Part shown: piece by piece, positions 13,063 to 27,336 of the stretch
How positions within the stretch are numbered: position 1 is the first letter of the stretch
How the letters are laid out: each line of letters starts with the position of its first letter
Assembly (NCBI RefSeq): GCF_029227855.1
Contig: NZ_CP074356.1
DNA: 64,000 nt
Direction: 5' to 3' (one strand)
From: Escherichia coli
GTDB taxonomy: Bacteria; Pseudomonadota; Gammaproteobacteria; Enterobacterales; Enterobacteriaceae
The notes under the pieces: model-generated
Told to the model about the DNA's origin: nothing
The model's database searches: none
Seen by the model: only the letters and a program-made list of their open reading frames with translations
Program-made: the position numbers and the translations under genes

Positions 13063-13731
13063 ATGCCATCACTCAGTAAAGAAGCGGCCCTGGTTCATGA
13101 AGCGTTAGTTGCGCGAGGACTGGAAACACCGCTGCGCCCGCCCGTGCATGAAATGGATAACGAAACGCGCAAAAGCCTTATTGCTGGTCATATGACCGAA
13201 ATCATGCAGCTGCTGAATCTCGACCTGGCTGATGACAGTTTGATGGAAACGCCGCATCGCATCGCTAAAATGTATGTCGATGAAATTTTCTCCGGTCTGG
13301 ATTACGCCAATTTCCCGAAAATCACCCTCATTGAAAACAAAATGAAGGTCGATGAAATGGTCACCGTGCGCGATATCACCCTGACCAGCACCTGTGAACA
13401 CCATTTTGTTACCATAGATGGCAAAGCGACGGTGGCTTATATCCCGAAAGATTCGGTGATCGGTCTGTCAAAAATTAACCGCATCGTGCAGTTCTTTGCC
13501 CAGCGTCCGCAGGTGCAGGAACGTCTGACCCAGCAAATTCTCATTGCGCTACAAACGCTGCTGGGCACCAATAACGTGGCTGTCTCTATCGACGCGGTGC
13601 ATTACTGCGTGAAAGCGCGTGGCATCCGCGACGCAACCAGTGCCACAACAACGACCTCTCTTGGTGGATTGTTCAAATCCAGTCAGAATACGCGCCACGA
13701 ATTTCTGCGCGCTGTGCGTCATCACAACTGA
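13063..13731 (+). CDS. folE: GTP cyclohydrolase I
   Basis: 222 aa; matches recalled FolE sequence. Confidence 0.95.
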
Positions 13732-13747
13732 TTAAAAGGCAGGAACC

Positions 13748-14905
13748 ATGGAGCGCAACGTCACGCTCGATTTTGTTCGCGGCGTCGCCATTCTGGGGAT
13801 CCTGCTATTAAACATCAGCGCCTTTGGGCTACCAAAGGCGGCTTATCTCAATCCCGCCTGGTACGGCGCTATTACGCCGCAGGATGCATGGACCTGGGCA
13901 TTTCTCGATCTCATCGGCCAGGTGAAATTCCTCACGCTTTTTGCGCTGCTGTTTGGTGCTGGCCTGCAAATGTTGCTGCCCCGTGGCAGACGCTGGATCC
14001 AGTCGCGGTTAACGCTGTTAGTCTTGCTGGGCTTTATTCACGGTTTATTGTTCTGGGACGGCGATATTCTGCTGGCTTACGGGCTGGTGGGCTTAATCTG
14101 CTGGCGGCTGGTGCGCGATGCGCCATCAGTAAAAAGCCTGTTTAATACAGGCGTCATGCTTTATCTGGTGGGGCTTGGCGTTTTGATGTTATTGGGGCTG
14201 ATTTCCGACAGCCAGACCAGCCGCGCCTGGACGCCGGATGCATCGGCTATTTTGTATGAAAAATACTGGAAGCTTCACGGCGGCGTTGAAGCGATCAGTA
14301 ATCGTGCCGACGGTGTTGGCAACAGTTTACTGGCACTGGGCGCACAGTATGGCTGGCAACTGGCAGGGATGATGCTCATTGGTGCGGCGCTGATGCGCAG
14401 CGGCTGGCTGAAAGGGCAGTTCAGCTTACGTCACTATCGTCGTACTGGTTTTGTGCTGGTGGCGATTGGGGTGACCATTAACCTTCCTGCCATCGCCCTG
14501 CAATGGCAGCTGGACTGGGCGTATCGCTGGTGTGCCTTCTTACTTCAAATGCCGCGGGAACTGAGTGCGCCGTTTCAGGCGATTGGCTATGCGTCGCTGT
14601 TTTATGGTTTCTGGCCGCAATTAAGCCGCTTTAAGCTGGTGCTTGCGATCGCCTGCGTCGGACGGATGGCGCTGACCAACTATCTATTGCAAACGCTGAT
14701 TTGTACCACGCTTTTTTACCACCTCGGTTTGTTTATGCATTTTGACCGCCTGGAGCTGCTGGCGTTTGTTATTCCGGTATGGCTGGCGAATATCCTCTTC
14801 TCTGTTATCTGGCTGCGTTACTTCCGCCAGGGGCCGGTGGAATGGCTCTGGCGTCAGTTAACTTTGCGTGCTGCCGGACCGGCAATATCTAAAACATCAA
14901 GATAA
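13748..14905 (+). CDS. yeiB: DUF418-family inner membrane protein YeiB
   Basis: 385 aa polytopic membrane protein immediately downstream of folE. Confidence 0.8.
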   Translation: MERNVTLDFVRGVAILGILLLNISAFGLPKAAYLNPAWYGAITPQDAWTWAFLDLIGQVKFLTLFALLFGAGLQMLLPRGRRWIQSRLTLLVLLGFIHGLLFWDGDILLAYGLVGLICWRLVRDAPSVKSLFNTGVMLYLVGLGVLMLLGLISDSQTSRAWTPDASAILYEKYWKLHGGVEAISNRADGVGNSLLALGAQYGWQLAGMMLIGAALMRSGWLKGQFSLRHYRRTGFVLVAIGVTINLPAIALQWQLDWAYRWCAFLLQMPRELSAPFQAIGYASLFYGFWPQLSRFKLVLAIACVGRMALTNYLLQTLICTTLFYHLGLFMHFDRLELLAFVIPVWLANILFSVIWLRYFRQGPVEWLWRQLTLRAAGPAISKTSR

Positions 14906-15046
14906 CGATCTGGATCACATTCGTTAACAAAACGGCTGTAACCGTTTCCATTGCTGTGACTCGATTCACGAAGTCCTGTATTCAGTGCTGACAAAATAGC
15001 CGCCAGCAAGCAGTCATTTACTGCAATCTCATAACAGGTAGTGAAT

Positions 15047-16087
15047 ATGATCACCATTCGTGATGTAGCGCGTCAGGCTGGCGTCTCTGTGGCAACGGTT
15101 TCCCGAGTGCTCAATAACAGTACGCTGGTCAGTGCCGACACGCGTGAAGCAGTAATGAAAGCCGTTAGTGAGCTGGATTATCGACCAAATGCCAATGCCC
15201 AGGCGCTGGCAACTCAGGTTAGCGACACCATTGGCGTGGTGGTGATGGACGTTTCTGATGCGTTTTTCGGCGCGCTGGTAAAAGCGGTGGATCTGGTCGC
15301 CCAGCAGCATCAGAAATACGTGCTAATCGGCAATAGCTATCATGAAGCGGAAAAAGAGCGTCACGCCATTGAGGTGTTAATTCGCCAGCGTTGTAATGCA
15401 TTGATTGTTCACTCAAAAGCATTGAGTGACGATGAGCTGGCACAATTTATGGATAACATTCCCGGTATGGTATTAATCAACCGCGTTGTGCCGGGGTACG
15501 CCCATCGTTGCGTTTGCCTGGATAATCTCAGCGGTGCCCGAATGGCGACGCGCATGTTGCTGAATAACGGTCATCAACGTATTGGTTATCTTTCTTCCAG
15601 TCACGGCATTGAAGATGACGCCATGCGTAAAGCAGGCTGGATGAGTGCGTTGAAAGAGCAGGATATTATTCCGCCGGAAAGCTGGATTGGCACTGGCACG
15701 CCGGACATGCCGGGTGGTGAGGCGGCGATGGTTGAACTGCTGGGGCGCAATCTACAACTTACCGCTGTATTTGCTTATAACGACAATATGGCCGCTGGCG
15801 CACTGACAGCATTAAAAGATAATGGCATTGCGATTCCGTTACATCTCTCCATCATCGGTTTCGATGATATTCCCATCGCCCGTTACACCGACCCGCAATT
15901 AACGACCGTACGTTATCCCATTGCTTCAATGGCGAAATTAGTCACCGAACTGGCCTTGCAGGGGGCAGCAGGCAATATTGATCCTCGTGCCAGCCACTGT
16001 TTTATGCCGACGTTAGTGCGTCGCCATTCTGTCGCAACACGCCAGAATGCGGCGGCGATCACTAACTCAACAAATCTGGCGATGTAA
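15047..16087 (+). CDS. galS: LacI-family repressor GalS (mgl/gal isorepressor)
   Basis: ORF 15041..16087; start trimmed to [23 protein letters not shown] (LacI HTH). Confidence 0.9.
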   Translation: MITIRDVARQAGVSVATVSRVLNNSTLVSADTREAVMKAVSELDYRPNANAQALATQVSDTIGVVVMDVSDAFFGALVKAVDLVAQQHQKYVLIGNSYHEAEKERHAIEVLIRQRCNALIVHSKALSDDELAQFMDNIPGMVLINRVVPGYAHRCVCLDNLSGARMATRMLLNNGHQRIGYLSSSHGIEDDAMRKAGWMSALKEQDIIPPESWIGTGTPDMPGGEAAMVELLGRNLQLTAVFAYNDNMAAGALTALKDNGIAIPLHLSIIGFDDIPIARYTDPQLTTVRYPIASMAKLVTELALQGAAGNIDPRASHCFMPTLVRRHSVATRQNAAAITNSTNLAM

Positions 16088-16098
16088 CCGCTTTCAAT
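16082..16098. promoter_or_regulatory. gal-operator-like sequence (possible GalR/GalS site) upstream of mglB
   Basis: tgtaaccgctttcaat resembles the GTGNAANCGNTTNCAC gal operator; adjacent to the CRP site. Confidence 0.35.
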
Positions 16099-16099
16099 C

Positions 16100-16115
16100 T
16101 GTGAGTGATTTCACA
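16100..16115. promoter_or_regulatory. CRP binding site in galS-mglB intergenic region
   Basis: tgtgagtgatttcaca = TGTGA-N6-TCACA perfect half-sites. Confidence 0.6.
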
Positions 16116-16366
16116 GTATCTTAACAATGTGATAGCTATGATTGCACTGTTTTAACGTTGTAACCCGTATGTAACAGTGAATAATCACTTTCACCGAGGT
16201 AATAGCGTCATAACAACAATTAAAGCCGTTTTCTGGAGCGTTACCGGGCATGGAAGAACGAATTTTAAAAAGTGAGCTTCGGCGTTCAGTAACACTTCAT
16301 TAACTCTACTGCCCCGCCGAGCATTTATCTCAAGCACTACCCTGCATAAGAAAAACCGGAGATACC

Positions 16367-17365
16367 ATGAATAAGAAGGTGTTAACCCTATCTGCTGTGA
16401 TGGCCAGCATGTTATTCGGTGCCGCTGCACACGCTGCTGATACTCGCATTGGTGTAACAATCTATAAGTACGACGATAACTTTATGTCTGTGGTGCGCAA
16501 GGCTATTGAGCAAGATGCGAAAGCCGCGCCAGATGTTCAGCTGCTGATGAATGATTCTCAGAATGACCAGTCCAAGCAGAACGATCAGATCGACGTATTG
16601 CTGGCGAAAGGGGTGAAGGCACTGGCAATCAACCTGGTTGACCCGGCAGCTGCGGGTACGGTGATTGAGAAAGCGCGTGGGCAAAACGTGCCGGTGGTTT
16701 TCTTTAACAAAGAACCGTCTCGTAAGGCGCTGGATAGCTACGACAAAGCCTACTACGTTGGCACTGACTCCAAAGAGTCCGGCATTATTCAGGGCGATTT
16801 GATTGCTAAACACTGGGCGGCGAATCAGGGGTGGGATCTGAACAAAGACGGTCAGATTCAGTTCGTACTGCTGAAAGGTGAGCCGGGCCATCCGGATGCA
16901 GAAGCACGTACCACTTACGTGATTAAAGAATTGAACGACAAAGGCATCAAAACTGAACAGTTACAGTTAGATACCGCTATGTGGGATACCGCTCAGGCGA
17001 AAGATAAGATGGACGCCTGGCTGTCTGGCCCGAACGCCAACAAAATCGAAGTGGTTATCGCCAACAACGATGCGATGGCAATGGGCGCGGTAGAAGCACT
17101 GAAAGCACACAACAAGTCCAGCATTCCGGTGTTTGGCGTCGATGCGCTGCCAGAAGCGCTGGCGCTGGTGAAATCCGGTGCACTGGCGGGCACCGTACTG
17201 AACGATGCTAACAACCAGGCGAAAGCGACCTTTGATTTGGCGAAAAACCTGGCCGATGGCAAAGGTGCGGCTGATGGCACCAACTGGAAAATCGACAACA
17301 AAGTGGTCCGCGTACCTTATGTTGGCGTAGATAAAGACAACCTGGCTGAATTCAGCAAGAAATAA
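16367..17365 (+). CDS. mglB: Periplasmic galactose/glucose-binding protein
   Basis: 332 aa with signal peptide. Confidence 0.95.
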   Translation: MNKKVLTLSAVMASMLFGAAAHAADTRIGVTIYKYDDNFMSVVRKAIEQDAKAAPDVQLLMNDSQNDQSKQNDQIDVLLAKGVKALAINLVDPAAAGTVIEKARGQNVPVVFFNKEPSRKALDSYDKAYYVGTDSKESGIIQGDLIAKHWAANQGWDLNKDGQIQFVLLKGEPGHPDAEARTTYVIKELNDKGIKTEQLQLDTAMWDTAQAKDKMDAWLSGPNANKIEVVIANNDAMAMGAVEALKAHNKSSIPVFGVDALPEALALVKSGALAGTVLNDANNQAKATFDLAKNLADGKGAADGTNWKIDNKVVRVPYVGVDKDNLAEFSKK

Positions 17366-17425
17366 GACTGATTGGGCGCAGTCGTTTACTGCGCCCTTAT
17401 TGTATGGCCAACAAGGTAAAATTAT

Positions 17426-18946
17426 ATGGTCAGCTCAACGACTCCGTCTTCCGGGGAATACTTGTTGGAAATGAGCGGTATCAACAAGTCTTTTCCTGGT
17501 GTTAAGGCACTTGATAACGTTAATTTAAAAGTCCGGCCACATTCTATCCATGCATTAATGGGGGAAAACGGCGCAGGAAAATCAACATTATTAAAATGCC
17601 TGTTTGGTATTTATCAAAAAGACTCCGGCACCATTTTATTCCAGGGTAAAGAGATCGATTTCCATTCTGCCAAAGAAGCGCTGGAAAATGGTATTTCGAT
17701 GGTACACCAGGAGTTAAACCTGGTATTACAACGTTCGGTGATGGATAACATGTGGCTGGGGCGATATCCCACCAAAGGCATGTTTGTCGATCAGGACAAA
17801 ATGTACCGCGAAACCAAAGCGATTTTTGATGAACTGGATATTGATATCGATCCGCGTGCGCGCGTCGGCACATTATCCGTTTCGCAAATGCAGATGATCG
17901 AAATCGCCAAAGCGTTTTCCTATAACGCGAAAATTGTGATTATGGATGAACCGACTTCTTCGTTGACCGAAAAAGAGGTCAATCATCTGTTCACTATTAT
18001 TCGTAAATTAAAAGAGCGCGGCTGCGGTATTGTTTATATCTCGCATAAAATGGAAGAAATCTTCCAGTTATGTGATGAAGTTACCGTATTGCGCGACGGT
18101 CAGTGGATCGCTACCGAACCGCTGGCAGGGCTGACGATGGACAAGATCATCGCCATGATGGTTGGGCGTTCTCTTAACCAACGTTTCCCTGACAAAGAAA
18201 ACAAGCCGGGCGAAGTGATCCTCGAAGTGCGTAACCTGACGTCACTGCGCCAGCCGTCGATTCGCGATGTCTCGTTTGATCTGCATAAAGGGGAGATCCT
18301 CGGTATTGCCGGTCTGGTGGGGGCGAAACGTACCGATATTGTTGAGACGTTATTTGGTATTCGCGAGAAATCGGCTGGCACCATTACGTTGCACGGCAAA
18401 AAGATCAATAACCATAATGCCAACGAAGCCATAAACCACGGATTTGCACTGGTAACTGAAGAGCGCCGCTCAACGGGAATTTATGCCTATCTGGATATCG
18501 GTTTTAACTCGTTAATTTCCAATATTCGCAACTACAAAAATAAAGTTGGTTTACTGGATAACTCGCGGATGAAAAGCGATACCCAGTGGGTGATTGATTC
18601 GATGCGGGTAAAAACACCGGGTCATCGGACGCAAATTGGTTCGCTCTCCGGTGGTAATCAGCAAAAGGTGATTATTGGTCGCTGGCTACTAACGCAACCA
18701 GAAATATTAATGCTCGATGAACCGACGCGCGGTATTGATGTCGGGGCGAAGTTTGAGATCTATCAGTTAATTGCCGAACTGGCGAAGAAAGGCAAGGGGA
18801 TTATTATTATCTCCTCCGAAATGCCTGAGTTGTTAGGGATAACAGACCGTATTCTGGTTATGAGCAATGGTCTCGTTTCCGGAATTGTCGATACAAAAAC
18901 AACAACGCAAAACGAAATTCTGCGTCTTGCGTCTTTGCACCTTTAA
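17426..18946 (+). CDS. mglA: Galactose/methyl-galactoside ABC transporter ATPase (tandem ABC domains)
   Basis: 506 aa, two Walker A/ABC signature sets. Confidence 0.95.
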   Translation: MVSSTTPSSGEYLLEMSGINKSFPGVKALDNVNLKVRPHSIHALMGENGAGKSTLLKCLFGIYQKDSGTILFQGKEIDFHSAKEALENGISMVHQELNLVLQRSVMDNMWLGRYPTKGMFVDQDKMYRETKAIFDELDIDIDPRARVGTLSVSQMQMIEIAKAFSYNAKIVIMDEPTSSLTEKEVNHLFTIIRKLKERGCGIVYISHKMEEIFQLCDEVTVLRDGQWIATEPLAGLTMDKIIAMMVGRSLNQRFPDKENKPGEVILEVRNLTSLRQPSIRDVSFDLHKGEILGIAGLVGAKRTDIVETLFGIREKSAGTITLHGKKINNHNANEAINHGFALVTEERRSTGIYAYLDIGFNSLISNIRNYKNKVGLLDNSRMKSDTQWVIDSMRVKTPGHRTQIGSLSGGNQQKVIIGRWLLTQPEILMLDEPTRGIDVGAKFEIYQLIAELAKKGKGIIIISSEMPELLGITDRILVMSNGLVSGIVDTKTTTQNEILRLASLHL

Positions 18947-18961
18947 GATTAGGGGCTTCCC

Positions 18962-19972
18962 ATGAGTGCGTTAAATAAGAAAAGTTTTCTTACTTACCTG
19001 AAAGAGGGCGGTATTTACGTCGTTCTTTTAGTCTTGCTGGCGATTATTATTTTCCAGGACCCAACATTTTTAAGTCTGTTGAACTTAAGTAATATTCTCA
19101 CCCAGTCATCGGTGCGTATTATTATCGCGCTCGGTGTGGCAGGGTTAATTGTCACCCAGGGGACCGATCTTTCTGCTGGTCGTCAGGTAGGGCTGGCGGC
19201 AGTGGTGGCAGCGACATTATTGCAGTCCATGGATAACGCTAACAAAGTGTTCCCGGAAATGGCGACGATGCCGATTGCGCTGGTTATTCTGATTGTCTGT
19301 GCCATTGGTGCGGTGATCGGTTTGATTAACGGCCTGATTATCGCTTATCTCAACGTGACGCCTTTCATTACCACACTCGGCACGATGATTATCGTCTATG
19401 GTATCAACTCGCTCTATTACGATTTTGTCGGGGCGTCGCCAATTTCTGGTTTTGACAGTGGCTTCTCTACCTTTGCTCAGGGCTTTGTCGCGCTGGGAAG
19501 TTTCCGTCTCTCTTACATCACCTTTTACGCGTTGATTGCGGTGGCGTTCGTCTGGGTGTTGTGGAACAAAACCCGCTTCGGTAAGAACATTTTTGCCATT
19601 GGCGGTAACCCGGAAGCGGCGAAAGTATCTGGTGTCAACGTCGGCCTGAACCTGCTGATGATCTACGCGTTGTCTGGTGTGTTCTATGCCTTCGGCGGGA
19701 TGTTAGAAGCCGGACGTATCGGCTCTGCCACCAACAACCTCGGCTTTATGTATGAGTTGGATGCTATCGCGGCATGTGTGGTGGGTGGTGTATCGTTCAG
19801 CGGTGGTGTAGGGACGGTGATTGGCGTGGTGACCGGGGTGATTATTTTTACCGTCATCAACTATGGCCTGACGTACATCGGCGTAAACCCATACTGGCAG
19901 TACATCATCAAAGGGGCGATTATTATCTTCGCAGTGGCACTGGATTCACTGAAATACGCACGTAAGAAATGA
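18962..19972 (+). CDS. mglC: Galactose/methyl-galactoside ABC transporter permease
   Basis: 336 aa membrane permease. Confidence 0.95.
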   Translation: MSALNKKSFLTYLKEGGIYVVLLVLLAIIIFQDPTFLSLLNLSNILTQSSVRIIIALGVAGLIVTQGTDLSAGRQVGLAAVVAATLLQSMDNANKVFPEMATMPIALVILIVCAIGAVIGLINGLIIAYLNVTPFITTLGTMIIVYGINSLYYDFVGASPISGFDSGFSTFAQGFVALGSFRLSYITFYALIAVAFVWVLWNKTRFGKNIFAIGGNPEAAKVSGVNVGLNLLMIYALSGVFYAFGGMLEAGRIGSATNNLGFMYELDAIAACVVGGVSFSGGVGTVIGVVTGVIIFTVINYGLTYIGVNPYWQYIIKGAIIIFAVALDSLKYARKK

Positions 19973-19984
19973 TGTGAATGTGGG

Positions 19985-20036
19985 TATTGCCGGATGCGCC
20001 GCATCCGGCAATCGGTGCCAAATGCCGGATGCGTCT
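19985..20036. repeat. REP element(s)
   Basis: gccggatgcgccgcatccggc palindrome plus partial second copy between convergent mglC and preA. Confidence 0.7.
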
Positions 20037-20042
20037 CTGATT

Positions 20043-21278
20043 TTACAACGTTACCGGGTGTTCTTTCTCTCCCTTCTTAAACTTCACTTCCCCAAGATCA
20101 ATACAACCCACCGGGCAGACGTGACCGCAAAGCAGACAACCGACGCATTTCTCGGTATTACAATGCGGCGTGCGGGTTTTCTCGCTCCATTCCATCGCCT
20201 GGTGACCGCCGTCGTAACAGGAAATATAACAGCGTCCACAGCCAACACATTTATCGAGATTGATATGGGGATAGACAATATAACTGCGGTCTAAATCTTC
20301 CGCCGGGACAATATTGTTATTCGCCAGACCTACCATCTCCTGCAACGAATCAAATCCCTGATCGGCGAGATAATGCGATAACCCGCTCGCCATATCTTCT
20401 ACGATGCGATAGCCGTACTGCATAATGCCGGTGGTCACCTGTAACGTTGCTGCGCCGAGCAATAAAAACTCCGCCGCATCCTCCCAGGTTTCAATGCCGC
20501 CGATACCGCTGATCGGGAAATCGCGCAGCTCTGGATGGGTACGCATTTGCTGAATGAAGCGCAGGGCGATCGGTTTTACCGCTTTACCGGAATATCCGGA
20601 AATACTCGATTTACCGTTAACGATCGGCATACCGATTTTCTGATTAAGATCGATATTGGTGATGGATTTAACGGTGTTAATCGCCGCAATGCCATCTGCG
20701 CCGCCGCGCTTCGCCGCCAGCGCCACTTCGCACATATCACCGATATTCGGCGTCATCTTCGCCAGCATCGGCAGCGTGGAACCCCGTTTCACTGCCCGAC
20801 AATATTTTTCTACCAGCTCCGGGCTTTGCCCGACATCGCTACCCATCGCATGAGAAGTCATTTGCGGACAGGAGAAATTACACTCGATCATATCCGCGCC
20901 AGCTTCTTGCACCAGGCGCGCCAGCTCCTCCCATTGCTGCTCATTTTCCCCCATGATCGAAGCGATCAATACTTTGTCCGGGTAATCTTCCTTCAGCCGA
21001 CGCAGGGCGGCCAGATTCTCTTCCAACGGATGTTCAGCAATCTGCTCCATATTTTTGAAGCCGATAAAACCGGTATCTTCTTTCACCAGATGATCAAAAC
21101 GCGGCGAGACTTCGTTGGCGATAAAAAAGCCGATCGTTTTAAACACCACGCCGCCCCAACCTGTGTCGTAGGCTTTGGCACACATCTCATAGCAGTTGCC
21201 TACAGGCGAAGAAGAGAGGCAGAACGGATTGGGAAACTTCACGCCGCAAAAAGTAATCGAAAGATCTTTCGTTAACAT
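20043..21278 (-). CDS. preA: NAD-dependent dihydropyrimidine dehydrogenase subunit PreA
   Basis: ORF 20043..21284 trimmed to [10 protein letters not shown]..; C-terminal ferredoxin-type Cys clusters. Confidence 0.9.
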   Translation of the reverse strand: MLTKDLSITFCGVKFPNPFCLSSSPVGNCYEMCAKAYDTGWGGVVFKTIGFFIANEVSPRFDHLVKEDTGFIGFKNMEQIAEHPLEENLAALRRLKEDYPDKVLIASIMGENEQQWEELARLVQEAGADMIECNFSCPQMTSHAMGSDVGQSPELVEKYCRAVKRGSTLPMLAKMTPNIGDMCEVALAAKRGGADGIAAINTVKSITNIDLNQKIGMPIVNGKSSISGYSGKAVKPIALRFIQQMRTHPELRDFPISGIGGIETWEDAAEFLLLGAATLQVTTGIMQYGYRIVEDMASGLSHYLADQGFDSLQEMVGLANNNIVPAEDLDRSYIVYPHINLDKCVGCGRCYISCYDGGHQAMEWSEKTRTPHCNTEKCVGCLLCGHVCPVGCIDLGEVKFKKGEKEHPVTL

Positions 21279-22510
21279 GAGCAAGCTCCCTCTAAATAGT
21301 GATGAATCGCCTCGGCGGCTTCTTTCCCGGTTTTCACGGCATAGACCACGGTTTTGTCACCCTCAACAATATCGCCAGCAGCAAAGACTTGCGGATCGCG
21401 GGTCTGGTAATTTTGTGTATTGATGGTGTTACGCTGCGGCTCTAACTCCGCAAAGGCATCCAGTCTGGCATGCTGACCGACGGCGAGAATAATTTTATCT
21501 GCCGTCATCGTCAGTTCGCCCGGTAACCGTACATGCTTAAACGTGACTTTATTGCCTTCCACGGCTACTGGCGTAAATCCATCGATGATCGAAACGCCCA
21601 GCTCCCGGGCGCTGGCAAACTCTTTTTCGCTTGCCGGAAACTCATCTAACTCTTCACGCGCTACGCAAGTTACCGCCTGACAGCCGAGAACTTTCAGCGT
21701 GCTGGCTACGTCCATCGCGACATCACCGCCGCCGATAATTAATGCGCTTTGTGGAATGCTGATATCGCCTTGCGCCTGTCGTGCACGTTGCAAGAAGTCG
21801 ACGGCAATCTCAACGTCGCTATGCTCAAACAGTGGTAGCCCCGAACCGCTCGATAACCCCACAGTGACCAGTACCGCGCGGTTTTCCGCTTTCAGCTGCT
21901 CCAGGGTGAGTGTGTTACCGATTTCGTTATTGCATTTAATGGTCACGCCCATTTTTTCGATACGGGCGATTTCTGCATCCAGTACTGATTGCGGTAACCG
22001 GAATTGCGGAATGCCGTTACGCAACCAGCCACCGGGTTGTGCTTCTTTCTCATAGATCGTGACGTCATAACCCTGGTTTGTCAGTGTCACACTGGCCTGC
22101 AATCCGGCAGGACCCGCGCCAATAATGGCGACTTTGCCGAGCGTTTTAGTACCGGGCTGATAAATTTCCATCCCAGTTTGTTGTTCAAAATCAGTAACAA
22201 AACGCTGTAAGCGACCGATATCAATGGGAGTATCAACACCGGCACGGGTACAACCGCTTTGGCATAATTTCTCCGTCGGGCACACTCTGGCACAAACGGC
22301 ACCGAGGGCATTATTTTCGCGAATTGTCTCGGCAGCGCCTTTAAAATTACGAAAGTAGATTGAGCGAATAAATTTCCCCGGATCGGTCTGTGCCGGGCAA
22401 GCCTGACTACAGGGAGCGTCATGACATAATAAGCAGCGAGAGGCTTCTTTAATCGCCAGTAAAGGCGTAAAAGCCGGAGTGAGTTCATCCAGATAATTTT
22501 GTTGCGGCAT
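21272..22510 (-). CDS. preT: NAD-dependent dihydropyrimidine dehydrogenase subunit PreT
   Basis: 412 aa; Fe-S Cys motifs and GAGPAG nucleotide-binding motif; overlaps preA start. Confidence 0.9.
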   Translation of the reverse strand: MPQQNYLDELTPAFTPLLAIKEASRCLLCHDAPCSQACPAQTDPGKFIRSIYFRNFKGAAETIRENNALGAVCARVCPTEKLCQSGCTRAGVDTPIDIGRLQRFVTDFEQQTGMEIYQPGTKTLGKVAIIGAGPAGLQASVTLTNQGYDVTIYEKEAQPGGWLRNGIPQFRLPQSVLDAEIARIEKMGVTIKCNNEIGNTLTLEQLKAENRAVLVTVGLSSGSGLPLFEHSDVEIAVDFLQRARQAQGDISIPQSALIIGGGDVAMDVASTLKVLGCQAVTCVAREELDEFPASEKEFASARELGVSIIDGFTPVAVEGNKVTFKHVRLPGELTMTADKIILAVGQHARLDAFAELEPQRNTINTQNYQTRDPQVFAAGDIVEGDKTVVYAVKTGKEAAEAIHHYLEGACSC

Positions 22511-22602
22511 GTGATCTTCCTTAATGCTATGAGTAATTAAGGCGAACGCTAAATAGATATTGCGTGCTGATATTAAGGCTATGCGCGTGGGGAAATTTAA
22601 AC

Positions 22603-22618
22603 TGTGAAAGGATTCACA
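22603..22618. promoter_or_regulatory. CRP-like site upstream of preT
   Basis: tgtgaaaggattcaca = TGTGA-N6-TCACA, about 95 bp upstream of the preT start. Confidence 0.45.
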
Positions 22619-22703
22619 AATAGCTGCGGTTCAGAATGTTATATCCGCAGCTTATTAAGTGAAGTAATAATTATTCTCAATAATTAACAGAAAAGAGAAA
22701 ATA

Positions 22704-24699
<1,996 letters not shown>

Positions 24700-24758
24700 G
24701 GCGTTGCCTCATAATCATGTAATGGGATAACAGTTTACGAACCCGTTATGGCTTTATA

Positions 24759-24774
24759 TGTGATCTTAATCTCA
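24759..24774 (-). promoter_or_regulatory. cdd promoter CRP site (proximal)
   Basis: minus-strand TGAGATTAAGATCACA upstream of cdd; cdd is a recalled CRP/CytR-regulated promoter. Confidence 0.5.
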
Positions 24775-24808
24775 TTAATTATGCAACGCGTGAAACTTAC
24801 ATCAAAAA

Positions 24809-24824
24809 TGCGCGACGCATCGCA
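24809..24824 (-). promoter_or_regulatory. cdd promoter CRP site (distal)
   Basis: minus-strand TGCGATGCGTCGCGCA palindrome about 50 bp upstream of the proximal site. Confidence 0.45.
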
Positions 24825-24828
24825 AATT

Positions 24829-25955
<1,127 letters not shown>

Positions 25956-26157
25956 TTAATTCGTAAAACGTGCTACCGATCACATTAAGAAATCAGCGCT
26001 TATTTTTTCGCTCCCGGGCATTACGCAATGAGCAGCGAACTCAGGCATACATCAAGCATAGAGAGGGAATGCAGTTTGCAGCAATCCCTCTTTGCAGACC
26101 TTTAATCCGCTGACCATAGGCGCTAACATAGCGCCTCATTTTTTTGCGGGTGATGAT

Positions 26158-27105
26158 ATGCGTGTGTTACTGGCACCGATGGAGGGTGTACTCGACTCTC
26201 TGGTGCGTGAATTGCTGACCGAAGTTAACGACTACGATCTGTGCATCACCGAGTTTGTCCGCGTGGTGGATCAACTGCTGCCGGTAAAAGTCTTTCATCG
26301 CATTTGCCCTGAGCTACAAAACGCCAGCCGGACACCATCCGGTACGCTGGTGCGCGTGCAGTTGTTAGGTCAGTTCCCACAATGGCTGGCAGAGAATGCC
26401 GCCCGTGCGGTCGAGTTAGGTTCCTGGGGCGTGGATCTCAATTGCGGCTGCCCGTCGAAAACGGTTAACGGTAGCGGCGGTGGGGCGACGTTACTCAAAG
26501 ATCCTGAACTCATCTATCAGGGTGCAAAAGCGATGCGTGAAGCTGTACCGGCGCATTTGCCCGTCAGCGTGAAAGTGCGTCTGGGCTGGGACAGCGGTGA
26601 GAAGAAATTTGAAATCGCCGATGCGGTGCAACAGGCTGGCGCTACGGAGCTGGTAGTACATGGGCGGACAAAAGAGCAGGGTTACCGCGCGGAGCATATT
26701 GACTGGCAGGCGATTGGCGAGATTCGCCAGCGGCTGAATATTCCGGTGATTGCCAACGGTGAAATTTGGGACTGGCAGAGCGCGCAACAATGCATGGCGA
26801 TCAGCGGCTGTGACGCAGTGATGATTGGTCGCGGGGCGCTCAATATTCCCAACCTGAGCCGGGTGGTAAAATATAACGAACCGCGAATGCCGTGGCCGGA
26901 GGTGGTTGCTTTGCTGCAAAAATATACCCGTCTGGAAAAGCAGGGCGATACCGGGTTATATCACGTAGCGCGGATTAAACAGTGGTTGAGTTATTTGCGT
27001 AAAGAATACGATGAAGCAACGGAATTATTTCAGCATGTTCGGGTGTTGAATAATTCCCATGATATTGCAAGGGCTATTCAGGCAATTGATATCGAGAAAC
27101 TCTAA
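26158..27105 (+). CDS. dusC: tRNA-dihydrouridine synthase C
   Basis: ORF 26092..27105 trimmed to [11 protein letters not shown].. (Dus family TIM barrel). Confidence 0.9.
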   Translation: MRVLLAPMEGVLDSLVRELLTEVNDYDLCITEFVRVVDQLLPVKVFHRICPELQNASRTPSGTLVRVQLLGQFPQWLAENAARAVELGSWGVDLNCGCPSKTVNGSGGGATLLKDPELIYQGAKAMREAVPAHLPVSVKVRLGWDSGEKKFEIADAVQQAGATELVVHGRTKEQGYRAEHIDWQAIGEIRQRLNIPVIANGEIWDWQSAQQCMAISGCDAVMIGRGALNIPNLSRVVKYNEPRMPWPEVVALLQKYTRLEKQGDTGLYHVARIKQWLSYLRKEYDEATELFQHVRVLNNSHDIARAIQAIDIEKL

Positions 27106-27257
27106 GAAACCATAGTGATGTTTTTTGACAATGTGTTAGCTCTTTATCAATAGGCCGCACGGTTGTTTGGTGGCGTCAAAATCGCCGAGGCGTTCCCTGA
27201 AGGCCGGGGCAGCCCACATGGATGTGGGCTGAGGGCGCGTTTTACAGGGATAATGAG

Positions 27258-27268
27258 ATGGACGCTCC
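27258..27268. repeat. Left subterminal inverted repeat of IS element
   Basis: atggacgctcc; reverse complement recurs at 28623..28633 and, imperfectly, over the transposase RBS at 27326..27335. Confidence 0.5.
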
Positions 27269-27336
27269 AGATTTTACGGTATCAAAGTACCAGACTGGAT
27301 CGTTGCAATACGTCCTGAAAAATTAGGAGCGTCCAC

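Noticed and set aside
20535-21275. 246-aa plus-strand ORF antisense to preA
   Set aside because: Arg/His-rich low-complexity product embedded in a strongly supported Fe-S dehydrogenase gene.
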